Counted from the first letter of the whole stretch, positions 1 through 8,550 are shown. The stretch is DNA of 63,099 bases, filler included, from 8 parts of 8 records of this genome joined end to end with filler, not necessarily neighbours in it, one strand, 5' to 3'. The notes: a model not told the origin generated them from the sequence alone. Made by a program: numbers and translations.

Positions 1-56
1 ACAAGACATAGTCTCAGAAAAATGGGTTAAGAGTGCTGCATTCATGAAGCAGGCGG

Positions 57-497
57 TCAGCGGTTTTCTTCCCGGAAAATTTCATCCAGAATAACGGCGG
101 CATCTTTTACGATTTTATCGCAGATTCTTCTTTCACGCAGATATTTTTTTTGGCTGGGATCGGCAGGATCGATCCCGTTATGGATCAGGATGGTGCTGCA
201 TCTCGTGGATTGACGTTTTTGCCTGAACCGGTGGCAGAATTCCTGGGTCAAGGTGATGCTCAGGTCTTTTTTGTACGGATCACGGGTCATGCCGGGGCCG
301 TATTTCAGGCCGATGAGCATAATGGCCACGGTGACGGCTCCGCAGGTTTTGCCCTGGGCAAGGCCGCCGGCAAATCCGGTGGCCAGTTTGGCCGCGGTTT
401 GAGATTCTATATTAAAAAGAGGGGCGTAGGCCATCAGAAAGCCCTCCGTGCAGCTGTAGCCGTCAAGCATCAGTTCGACTGCGGTCTGGGGTGTCAT
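57..497 (-). CDS. C-GCAxxG-C-C family putative redox-active protein
   Basis: Family-like Cys pattern: GYSCTEG, GFAGGLAQGKTCGAV, STRC, ICDKIV. AAGGAA RBS upstream. Confidence 0.8.
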   Translation of the reverse strand: MTPQTAVELMLDGYSCTEGFLMAYAPLFNIESQTAAKLATGFAGGLAQGKTCGAVTVAIMLIGLKYGPGMTRDPYKKDLSITLTQEFCHRFRQKRQSTRCSTILIHNGIDPADPSQKKYLRERRICDKIVKDAAVILDEIFREENR

Positions 498-517
498 TTT
501 TGATTCCTTTTGGTTTT

Positions 518-532
518 GTCACCAATGGTGAC
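518..532. promoter_or_regulatory. Putative TetR operator, copy 1 (GTCACC-AAT-GGTGAC)
   Basis: 6-3-6 palindrome upstream of the 57..497 gene. 19/20 identical to 1175-1194. Confidence 0.75.
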
Positions 533-550
533 TTTTTAAATAAAAAAATA

Positions 551-1150
551 TTACCGGGTGAAGATCCCTTTCAGCAACAGGTCGATCGCTCGGTTGATCC
601 GGTCCCATCCAGCCTCGGATTCGAGGTCGATGCCGCTGATGGATGTGGTAATGCGGGATTTGACTATCAGATGGTTCACAGCGCCGGCCATGAGGGCCAC
701 AATGGCAGACAGGTTGTCATCATCCGGCAGTGTTTCAAGTTGTTCAAAGAATTCCAGGATGGTGCGGATACGCCGTTCCTCCATTTGTTTGGACAGTTCA
801 TTCCGCTCCAGAAGTTCCCAGGCCAGGATGTCCTGGGTCACGGGCCGTTCGCGCAGGGCCGCCATGAACGATTTGAAAAAATGGGCCATCTGCATGTCCG
901 GGGCCAGGGATTTCACTACGTCCGGATCCGGGCCCAGGAGTTCTTCAACCGTGGGCCAGAAATCCACGGCCTGGCTATAGGCGGACACCAGGCCGGGCAG
1001 GCCGTTGAAATACCGGTACACCAGAACTTTGTCCACACCTGCGGTTTTGGCCACCTTGTTAACGCCCAGGCCTTTGAAACCGTGTTTGGCCAGGACGGTT
1101 CCCACGGCTTCGATGAGTTTTTGCCGGGTTTGAGTCTGTCTGTCTTCCAT
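551..1150 (-). CDS. TetR/AcrR family transcriptional regulator
   Basis: N-terminal HTH GFKGLGVNKVAKTAGVDKVLVYRYF. AGGAG RBS. Confidence 0.93.
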   Translation of the reverse strand: MEDRQTQTRQKLIEAVGTVLAKHGFKGLGVNKVAKTAGVDKVLVYRYFNGLPGLVSAYSQAVDFWPTVEELLGPDPDVVKSLAPDMQMAHFFKSFMAALRERPVTQDILAWELLERNELSKQMEERRIRTILEFFEQLETLPDDDNLSAIVALMAGAVNHLIVKSRITTSISGIDLESEAGWDRINRAIDLLLKGIFTR

Positions 1151-1176
1151 GAAGACTCCTTTAAAAATTTATTCTT

Positions 1177-1220
1177 GTCACCAGTGGTGACTTTGTAGCT
1201 TCAAATCCCGATTCAGTCAA
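1177..1220 (-). promoter_or_regulatory. tetR promoter with operator copy 2 (GTCACC-AGT-GGTGAC)
   Basis: Minus-strand TTGACT (1220-1215), 17 bp, TACAAA (1197-1192), immediately followed by the palindrome at 1177-1191. Confidence 0.7.
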
Positions 1221-1298
1221 GTGGAAATTGGCATTTAATTCTGTTCAGCAGTGATTTGCTGACCTTTGTTTTACAGCTCGCAGGAATTATGAAAGCGA

Positions 1299-1365
1299 AT
1301 AACCCTGGGTTATGGCAATCATAATATCAAATCATTTTATTAATCATTGGCCCGAGCGGTATAGT
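1299..1365 (+). promoter_or_regulatory. LysR-type activated promoter 1
   Basis: Palindrome ATAACCC-T-GGGTTAT (1299-1313), 7 bp, ATAATATCAAATCAT (1321-1335), then -10 TATAGT (1360-1365). Confidence 0.7.
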
Positions 1366-1452
1366 TAACAAGAAAACGCATCCATTCATAGGGGACAACC
1401 TTTGTGAAACTTTATCAGATGAATTGATAACACGGCTTAAAAGGAGATACTG

Positions 1453-2196
1453 ATGAAATTATCTAGAGCGTCTGAAAATGATTTAATCAGGGTAATCGAG
1501 GCACTGGAACATTCCCGGGGTGTAAGTGCTGTTGAGACAGCAGCCCAAATGTTTACAGATGCGGTCTATACCGCATTCAATGAGTCCGTTGTACTGGTGA
1601 GGCTGTTTTCCTCACTGCCGCTGTCCAGGCTGCCGCCGGGAGATCAACGGCTTGTCCGGGCCAAAGCCGACCAGGCGGGACTCCCGGATAAGGTCAATGA
1701 CGACATGCCGGTTTTAACCCTCCTGGGCAGCCGGGGAGCACAGCCCCAATGGAACCGCAGGTCCGACTCTGAGATGTTTCGATGCATTCCACTGTTTTCA
1801 TCCGGTTATGTATCGTCGCTGTCCATGCTGGCGGCCCAGTTTCAGTCCATGGCCTTTGATCTCATTTTGCTTGATTCGTGGGGCAAGGTGGTCAGCGGCG
1901 GCAGGGCCGATAAATGGGAAGGCATGCTCTATGTCGGTGATTCTGAAAATGACAGGGACGATCAGGGACGCAGGATCGTGGTTAAACAGGATTTCGTTGT
2001 TGAATACGGTGTCAAAACCTCATTGGGGTTCGGCGGGGGATATGCCCACCATCCGACCGTGATCACCCTGTTTCTGTTTGCAGACGAGTTCATCGAACCG
2101 TCGGTTGGCCAGCGATTTATGGAATTGCTGGAGATTTATAAGGGCATAACCCGTTTGGCAGTCGCTGCGGGTTCCTTTTTCGAGGCAGCGCATTGA
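1453..2196 (+). CDS. Hypothetical protein, stand-alone GAF-like sensory domain
   Basis: 247-aa ORF with AAGGAG RBS. Motifs VLVRLF, LTLLGSRG..PQWN.R, IPL and FVVEYGVKTSLGFGG recall a domain I know from the N-termini of kinases. The domain call is from memory. Confidence 0.5.
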   Translation: MKLSRASENDLIRVIEALEHSRGVSAVETAAQMFTDAVYTAFNESVVLVRLFSSLPLSRLPPGDQRLVRAKADQAGLPDKVNDDMPVLTLLGSRGAQPQWNRRSDSEMFRCIPLFSSGYVSSLSMLAAQFQSMAFDLILLDSWGKVVSGGRADKWEGMLYVGDSENDRDDQGRRIVVKQDFVVEYGVKTSLGFGGGYAHHPTVITLFLFADEFIEPSVGQRFMELLEIYKGITRLAVAAGSFFEAAH

Positions 2197-2287
2197 TCCG
2201 GAATGCCCGGATTAACGTCGGATTTCCATATCGTATTCCAGCCGATCAGACACCGGTCTTACGGTATGGTATTCCGGGCTGTAACCT

Positions 2288-3235
2288 ATGAGAAAAGATC
2301 ATATAAATGTCACCGGAAACGGTATTGTTCTTGCGGTAGCCGCCGGTACCGGCTTCGGCCAGTGGTTTGACATGGCGTGGCTGCGGCAGATCATGCCGGT
2401 GTTCCTCTTCATGATGCTCTATCCGGCCATGCTTGATCTGGATGTAAAACAGATCGGACTGACACTGCATAAACCCGGTGTCGTGCTGACCGCTTTGTTT
2501 ATCAATCTGGTCTTTTCTCCTCTTTTGATCTTTGGATTGCTCCGGCTGTTGTGCGCTGAACAGGATCAGGCGCTGATAGTCGGACTCTTTCTTTACGGTT
2601 CAGTGCCCTGTGGCGCCATGGTGCCGGTCTTTACGGGAATACTCAAAGGAGATGTCGGTCTTTCCACGGCAATTTTGACCCTGTCACTCTTCGGAAGTAT
2701 CGCCATCCTGCCCTTGTGGTCGAAATGTCTTTTGGGGACCGTTGTGTCTATGCCCCTGGGTTCCCTTGCCGCATGTCTTTGCTGTATTATTGCGATTCCG
2801 TTTCTCGCGGCAGTGCTGACCCGCTTTTTTCTTTTCAGAAGACTTGAAGAAAAGGATGGTATCCGGTTCCGTAATTATCTTAAACCGGTTGCTGATTCAG
2901 GATTGATCCTGTTCATCTTTACAGTTTTTTGTCTGAACGGCCGTCAGATTGTTGAGCGTCCGGAAATTATGCTGAGGATCGCTTTTCCGGTCCTTTTGTT
3001 TCTTACCCTTCTGGTCCTGACAGCCCGCCTGGCTGCCGGATGGATGAGCGCTTCACGAGAAGACAGCGTCTCCCTTACTCTGTCCGCAACCCCGAAAAAC
3101 AATGTGGTTTCCATGTCCATGGCCTTGTCCGCATTTGGTACGGATGCGGCGCTGGTTATTTCCATTGCCTGCCTGGTACAGCTGCCTTTTATGCTCAGCT
3201 ATATTAAACTAAGGATCGGCTTCAAAATCACTTAA
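2288..3235 (+). CDS. Acr3-like / bile acid:sodium symporter (SBF/BART) family transporter
   Basis: About 10 hydrophobic segments. Motifs LFMMLYPAML, INLVFSPLL, GSVPCGAMV (Acr3-like conserved Cys), KGDVGL and PKNNVVS. Confidence 0.78.
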   Translation: MRKDHINVTGNGIVLAVAAGTGFGQWFDMAWLRQIMPVFLFMMLYPAMLDLDVKQIGLTLHKPGVVLTALFINLVFSPLLIFGLLRLLCAEQDQALIVGLFLYGSVPCGAMVPVFTGILKGDVGLSTAILTLSLFGSIAILPLWSKCLLGTVVSMPLGSLAACLCCIIAIPFLAAVLTRFFLFRRLEEKDGIRFRNYLKPVADSGLILFIFTVFCLNGRQIVERPEIMLRIAFPVLLFLTLLVLTARLAAGWMSASREDSVSLTLSATPKNNVVSMSMALSAFGTDAALVISIACLVQLPFMLSYIKLRIGFKIT

Positions 3236-3368
3236 ATTTTTGCTTTTAAAATACCCAATCTTTTAATGGGTTTTGGAAGTAATTAGTTTATGTTATTTTG
3301 TAACGATTCCTATTCAACCTTCATCACCGAAAAGCATAGTTTTTGTGAATTCTGGTTGTTCTCCTGGT

Positions 3369-4295
3369 TTATCCACGCTTGATTTCATCCGATATCGCGG
3401 GCAGCAATTCCATTAAAGCCGTTACCGCGTGTGTACGGTACTTATCCCGGAGGCGGGCCGTGTAAAAGGTTCGGGACAAAGCATCGCCGGGAACCGGCAG
3501 GGCTTTTAAAGAACCAGCCGCGATTTCGTCCAGAACCGCGATTTTGGAAAGCAGGGAGATCCCCAGCCCGGCTGCCACCGCTTTTTTAACCGCCTCGGTA
3601 TTCCCGAATTCAACACAGTGTTGCATTGTCATGCCGGCTGACTCCAGAGCCTGTGTCACAGCAGAACGCGTGCCGGATCCTTTTTTAGAAAAAATGATCG
3701 CCTGGTCCCCAAGCTCCCCCAATGAAACCGATTTCCGGTTCACCCAGGGATGTTCCGCAGGGAGTATCAATACCAATTCATCCCTGAATATCGGCCGGAT
3801 GGACAGACGGTCATCCGGATACGGGGCTCCGATAAATCCGATGTCCAGTTCATTGACAATGACCTTCTGGGCCACCTCGCGGCTCAGGGCAATATCAAGG
3901 CTGAATTCGATATCCGGATATGCCCGGCTGTACTGCCCCAGAATACCCGGCAGCAGATAGGTGCCGGCCGTGTAACTGGCCCCGATGGTGATACAGCCCC
4001 CTTTGAGCATTTTCAGATCATCAATTTTTGCCTTGGCCTCTGCGATAGACTCAAACATTTCAGCTGTTGTTTCCAGCAGAATCCGGCCGGCCTGTGTCAG
4101 GCTTACTTTCTTGCTCAGCCTGTCAAAGAGCGGCAAACACATATCCGTCTCCAGCTGTTTGATATGTTTGCTGATACCGGGTTGTGTCAGGCCGAGCGCT
4201 TTCGAGGCCCGGGTAAAACTTCCGGTCTTTGCCACTGCGTGGAAAATCCTGAGCTGGTTCAGGTTGATGTTATGCGTTTTATTTATTAAATCCAT
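3369..4295 (-). CDS. LysR family transcriptional regulator (CysL/CbbR-like)
   Basis: HTH LNQLRIF..VAKTGSFTRASKALGLTQPGISKHIKQLE. Substrate domain GSGTR and NTEAVKKAVAAGLGIS. Confidence 0.95.
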   Translation of the reverse strand: MDLINKTHNINLNQLRIFHAVAKTGSFTRASKALGLTQPGISKHIKQLETDMCLPLFDRLSKKVSLTQAGRILLETTAEMFESIAEAKAKIDDLKMLKGGCITIGASYTAGTYLLPGILGQYSRAYPDIEFSLDIALSREVAQKVIVNELDIGFIGAPYPDDRLSIRPIFRDELVLILPAEHPWVNRKSVSLGELGDQAIIFSKKGSGTRSAVTQALESAGMTMQHCVEFGNTEAVKKAVAAGLGISLLSKIAVLDEIAAGSLKALPVPGDALSRTFYTARLRDKYRTHAVTALMELLPAISDEIKRG

Positions 4296-4337
4296 AAAAA
4301 CAAGTCATTTGAGTTATATATGATTCACGCTTATAGT
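4272..4337 (+). promoter_or_regulatory. LysR-type activated promoter 2 (methyltransferase), overlapping the lysR start
   Basis: ATGCGTTTTATTTAT, 7 bp, ATAAAAACAAGTCAT, then TTGAGT (4309-4314), 17 bp, TATAGT (4332-4337). Confidence 0.75.
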
Positions 4338-4378
4338 GCAACTCTGATTTACACCAACACCTGATATGGAGGACTCAG

Positions 4379-5410
4379 ATGACAACCAGACCGCCCGGAA
4401 AGGAATGTGGAAGAACGGATCAGGCAAGACCGGAAATGATCATGGAAAAGGTGTATGGAATTATCCCGGGCCTGGCATTGCTGGCTGGCCTGGAGCTGGA
4501 TATTTTCAGCCTGCTTGGTGAACAGGCAGCGGATGCACAATCCCTGGCCACATCCATGGATGTCAGCCAGAACCGGCTCCTGCCCCTGCTTAATACCCTG
4601 ACTGTATCCGGACTTCTGATCCAAGATGGCGGTAAGTATTCAAATCGGCCTGAAACCATTGATTTCCTCGTGAGGAACAGATCCGGTTATCATTGCCACA
4701 TCCTCCGGCTCATCCTTAAGATACTGGAGGTTGTTCCCCAAACAGCCCAGACCATCCTACAGGACAGTCCTCAGGCAAAAATGGACTGGACCGGTTTAAC
4801 ACACAACCAGAAACAGTCCTTGCAAAAAGGCCAGTATCACGGCAGTGTCCAGGCCGGAAAAGAGCTTGGTACTGAACTGGATTTGTCCTATGCCCGGACG
4901 GTTTTGGACGGTGCCGGGGGAACCGGCGGGCTATCCGTGGGTTTGGTCCGAAAATGGCCTGATCTTCATATCACGGTGACAGACCTGCCCCAAATGGCCC
5001 GGGCCTGTCGCGAACGAATTTCTTCACTTGGGCTGTCCCACCGGATCACAGTCGCGGATACCGATCTTGTTCGACGGCCACCCCCGGGCCGGTTTGACAC
5101 GGCGATCCTGCGGTCTTTTCTCCAGGTACTTTCCCCGGCAGACGTCCAGGCGGTATTGAGGCATATCCGATCTGCCCTGAATCCGGGCGGGCGGGTGTGC
5201 ATCATCGGCTATTTTGTGGATGATACCCGTCTTTTTCCGGCAAATGCAGCCGCCCATAACCTGGTTTTCCTGAACCTGTATGAGCACGGTCGCGCCTACA
5301 CCGAGGGAAAGTACCGGTCATGGCTTTTAGGGGCGGGGTTTTCCGGTATCAAGGTGCGGTATGATGTATTTTCCGACGGCACCGGGATGATTATGGCCTG
5401 CCGGAACTGA
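4379..5410 (+). CDS. Class I SAM-dependent O-methyltransferase (Methyltransf_2 with dimerisation domain)
   Basis: N-terminal AGLELDIFSLL dimerisation helix, motif I VLDGAGGTG, DLPQM and ALNPGGRV. GGAGGA RBS at 4368-4373. Confidence 0.88.
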   Translation: MTTRPPGKECGRTDQARPEMIMEKVYGIIPGLALLAGLELDIFSLLGEQAADAQSLATSMDVSQNRLLPLLNTLTVSGLLIQDGGKYSNRPETIDFLVRNRSGYHCHILRLILKILEVVPQTAQTILQDSPQAKMDWTGLTHNQKQSLQKGQYHGSVQAGKELGTELDLSYARTVLDGAGGTGGLSVGLVRKWPDLHITVTDLPQMARACRERISSLGLSHRITVADTDLVRRPPPGRFDTAILRSFLQVLSPADVQAVLRHIRSALNPGGRVCIIGYFVDDTRLFPANAAAHNLVFLNLYEHGRAYTEGKYRSWLLGAGFSGIKVRYDVFSDGTGMIMACRN

Positions 5411-5483
5411 CGGCGGTGCGGTTTCCCCTGTTTTGAATCCGACCATATCTGCCTGCTGAATATTGAAAGCTGCTCTGTCCGGG

Positions 5484-6083
5484 CTATGGATGTGGAATTT
5501 CGACATTATCCGGATACCGGCCATGTTTCATTCCGTCAAACCAGATTTTTTTCATTTCAGGGGACATGACTTGAAGCTCATCAAAAACGTCCAATGCAAA
5601 TTCAATTGTACCTAATCCACTCGCGGTAACCACGTGCTTGTCACGTGTTGAAAGAGTGCCTGTATAATCGTCATGACCTGAGTAATCGGGCACCTTGGAT
5701 GAAATATAATCCAGTGAATTGCTTGTATGCTTTCGATTGTGTAAGATTCCGGCCTTGGCTGCCACGGTTGTCGCTGCACAGATTACGCCGATTGGAATAC
5801 CGGCCCTTTCCAGTTGAATGAGAAACGCCTCAATTTCAGCGACGGGGTATTCACCTTCCCACATATTTCCGCCCGGTATAAGAAATAATTGAATATCATC
5901 GATATTGACCTGGGACAGAGCCAGGTCAACACAGACCTTTAATCCGCCCATCGAGGCTACCGGACTGTTATCAAAGCCGACAGTAACGATATCTATTTTT
6001 CCAAAACGGCGCAGTTCAGGCAAGACATGGCCGAGTTCCCAGTCAGCATAGCCGTCAAACAGCAGTGTATAAACGTTTTTCAT
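5484..6083 (-). CDS. DJ-1/PfpI family protein
   Basis: YADWE, SMGGL, IPGG and nucleophile motif ICAAT. Confidence 0.88.
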   Translation of the reverse strand: MKNVYTLLFDGYADWELGHVLPELRRFGKIDIVTVGFDNSPVASMGGLKVCVDLALSQVNIDDIQLFLIPGGNMWEGEYPVAEIEAFLIQLERAGIPIGVICAATTVAAKAGILHNRKHTSNSLDYISSKVPDYSGHDDYTGTLSTRDKHVVTASGLGTIEFALDVFDELQVMSPEMKKIWFDGMKHGRYPDNVEIPHP

Positions 6084-6239
6084 TGGTTTCTCCTATTCCT
6101 GAAATATCCGGGCTAAAGGATGCCGCGTAATTGAATTCTGTTCTATGAATGTCAGAAGAGACCGGTTTTTTCAAGCGTCTTTTCAACCAGGGGCGTCATT
6201 TGCTGTTCACCCACTATCATGAGAAATTTAATCGGAACG

Positions 6240-6960
6240 TTAAGTTATTTTGAGAACCATATATCCGCCAATGACGAAGACTGACAGTTCCGACCGAAAA
6301 GGGCTGTCTGTTTTTAACCTGATATGGCCGCTAAACCTCCCGGCATGGTTTGAAATCCCTGTCACATGCAGGGTATAGCCATTTTTATCTGTATCCAGAT
6401 ACACATCAATTTTTTCTGAAAGCCAGGGGTCGACAACCGTACCCACAATTTTGAAAGGAAACCGCAGGTCAGGCGTTATTCTCGAGACGGCATTTATCGG
6501 CCCCTTGGCCGCACTTCGTAAAAGAATATATTGGGGCTCAATCCGTGCAAAACGTACAACCTTGCTTTTTATGATCAGCCCGACATTTTTGTTTTCAGGG
6601 TCATTGGTGCGAATATGGATGGTTTTAAAGAAACTGCGGCCGCCATATCCGGTGGTATTAAACTTTACAAGAATACTTTCCTTTTCACCTGGCATTATAA
6701 CAGCACAGCTGCACGTGGTCTGTACATCCAGTATCGCCAGCTGAGCCTCTCCCGAGTTACCAATGATCAAGCTGTGAGTGGCTATCTGGCCTTCAATGAG
6801 CTCTCCGAAATCAAATTCATTTTCCAGAATCTGCACTTGCGGCAATCCGGTATTCTTGGGCTGGCTGGCTGGCAGAATCGGTCGCTGCTGCACAATTAAA
6901 GAACAACAGTGAAAAAATAATTAAAAAGATCAATTTTATAGACGAGCGGTCCACCCTCAT
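6240..6960 (-). pseudogene. DUF1573 domain secreted protein, frameshifted
   Basis: DUF1573-like FDFGE..H...GN.G...L.I..VQTTCSC and RTNDP in the 6240..6893 frame. The signal peptide (ATG 6960, AAAGGA RBS) is in another frame ending at TGA 6817. A GCCA tandem repeat lies at 6859-6873. Confidence 0.7.
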
Positions 6961-7053
6961 TTTTCGGTTTCCTTTCTTATGTGATCTGGGTTTTCCGAAG
7001 GTCCCGGAAAAGAAAGTTACAAATCCCTGGGACCTTAATGCTTCTTGCAGCTC

Positions 7054-7494
7054 TTACCTGCCTATTGCTGCTTGTTCCTCTAAAATTTCAGCCAGTATGC
7101 CTGCGGTCCGCCCGGAGAGTCTCTTGCACTTTTCCATATTTTCCTGTTCACCCAGCCGTTCCAGAATCGCTGGACAGTGAATTGATCCCACTTCTTTCAC
7201 AAATTGATCCTGCAGTTTTCCGGCAAGCTTGAAACACCTGGTTTTTGCCTCTTTTATACCGGGCACATCTCTGCCATAAATGTAGCTGATGGCCAGAAGG
7301 GCGCCCGTTAACGCGCCGCATGTCCCGTTATACGGTTTAATTGCACCTCCGCCAAAAGCTGAGGCGACCCGTGGAATGTCAGCGCTTGTTTCACCTGCAT
7401 ATAGTTCCGTAATTACTAAGGCAACGGCTTCAGCGCAGTGAAAACCGCCGTTATGATAGTCATAAGCTCTTTGTTCCGCATCGTTTTTTCTCAT
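7054..7494 (-). CDS. C-GCAxxG-C-C family putative redox-active protein
   Basis: GFHCAEAV, AFGGG, GTCGALTGA, GSIHC and EKCKRL. GGAGG RBS. Confidence 0.88.
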   Translation of the reverse strand: MRKNDAEQRAYDYHNGGFHCAEAVALVITELYAGETSADIPRVASAFGGGAIKPYNGTCGALTGALLAISYIYGRDVPGIKEAKTRCFKLAGKLQDQFVKEVGSIHCPAILERLGEQENMEKCKRLSGRTAGILAEILEEQAAIGR

Positions 7495-7578
7495 TGGGAT
7501 TCCTCCGTTCTTCTAAGTGTTTATTTCTCTGTCAGAAAAAGTGAATAGAGCTAATATGTGATTCGGTTTTTGACCAGT

Positions 7579-7644
7579 AATGTATTCGGGGAAGATGTAT
7601 AACTCAAATGATTTGTTTTTATTATAACGATAATTATAAGTTAT
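7579..7644 (-). promoter_or_regulatory. LysR-type activated promoter 3
   Basis: Minus strand ATAACTTATAATTAT, 7 bp, ATAAAAACAAATCAT, TTGAGT, 17 bp, TACATT. 7598-7622 is 24/25 identical to the reverse complement of 4294-4318. Confidence 0.78.
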
Positions 7645-7932
7645 GGTCCAGTATGGATACGACGGAGTCAAGCACTGTCGGCTTGTGAGACCGGCTAAGC
7701 GAGAAACCGACTGTTCTGTCGAATCGTATCAGTCCGGAAACTTCATGACAATTTGAGGAAAGTGACTTGATATCGGCTTGAACACAGTTGATTATAATTT
7801 TGATTATGCCAATTCCAAGGGGCAAAGTGCCGCCCTCCGGTGACGTGTTTGCAGAATTCATTTTCAATTCCTTCACATCGGATGCGGTACATGCGGTTTT
7901 CCGGCTACCGGTTTAAGCCGGGACAGTTTGTA

Positions 7933-8032
7933 NNNNNNNNNNNNNNNNNNNNNNNNNNNNNNNNNNNNNNNNNNNNTTAATTAATTAANNNNNNNNNNNN
8001 NNNNNNNNNNNNNNNNNNNNNNNNNNNNNNNN
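7933..8032. other. Artificial contig linker
   Basis: N-run with central TTAATTAATTAA, which gives stops in all six frames. Confidence 0.99.
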
Positions 8033-8125
8033 TCCTGTTCTCTTAGTTCTCTTAAGTCTCCTAGTCTCTCTTAGTCTCTCCCAACTCCAGACTCAAAACT
8101 CTATACTCAATACTCAAAACTCTAG
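8033..8125 (-). repeat. Degenerate short tandem repeats (7-mer GAGTWTK, then 9-10-mer GAGARACTAA)
   Basis: Minus strand GAGTTTT GAGTATT GAGTATA GAGTTTT GAGTCTG GAGTTGG GAGAGACTAA GAGAGACTAG..., directly after the DUF2147 stop and running to the contig end. Confidence 0.8.
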
Positions 8126-8550
8126 TCTACCTTATGCCACTCTTGTGTAGCGTAGAACCATCCTATATATCCACGAACAATTAATTTATCACCTTCTCTC
8201 CACAACTTGCAGTCATATACTTTCTTACGCGAAGGAGAAATAATTGCATCATCTGCATACCATTCATCACCATCTTTTTCAAGTCCCCGAATAATATCTA
8301 ATCCTAATAGCGGCTTGTCCTTCCATGGTTGCGGACATTCATCGCATTTCAAAGTTTCAGGATTTGGTTTACTCAAAATCTGAATAATTTTACCATAGAC
8401 TTTACCACTTTTCATATAGACTTCCACAATCGATTTTGCCTCACCTGTCTCATGGTCAAAGGTTTTCCATTTTCCTAATACAGATTGTGCTTGTGCAAAT
8501 GCAACAAATAAAAATAATGTTGCGATAAGTGTTACTATTTTTCTCATCAT
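8122..8550 (-). CDS. DUF2147 domain-containing secreted protein
   Basis: Signal peptide, GKWKT.D..TG.AKSIVE, CDEC, PLLGL.I and VRGYIG.FY.TQ.W. Confidence 0.88.
   Translation of the reverse strand: MMRKIVTLIATLFLFVAFAQAQSVLGKWKTFDHETGEAKSIVEVYMKSGKVYGKIIQILSKPNPETLKCDECPQPWKDKPLLGLDIIRGLEKDGDEWYADDAIISPSRKKVYDCKLWREGDKLIVRGYIGWFYATQEWHKVD

Noticed and set aside
150-1198. Plus-strand ORFs 150..503, 491..1198 and 558..980, and similar antisense or nested ORFs throughout the track
   Set aside because: They are shadows of well-supported genes on the opposite strand or in another frame, with no motifs or RBS.
4379-5410. Methyltransferase as ArsM
   Set aside because: It has an O-methyltransferase dimerisation-type architecture and lacks the ArsM Cys motifs (GCG before motif I, SNCV).
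6700-6820. Selenocysteine read-through in the DUF1573 or C-GCAxxG-C-C genes
   Set aside because: The CSC codons are TGC-AGC-TGT. The TGA at 6817 is not at a Cys position, and read-through would not restore the frame. The C-GCAxxG-C-C ORFs are uninterrupted.
7634-7876. 80-aa minus-strand ORF
   Set aside because: No recognisable motif, and its 3' end overlaps the LysR-type box. Coding status cannot be supported.
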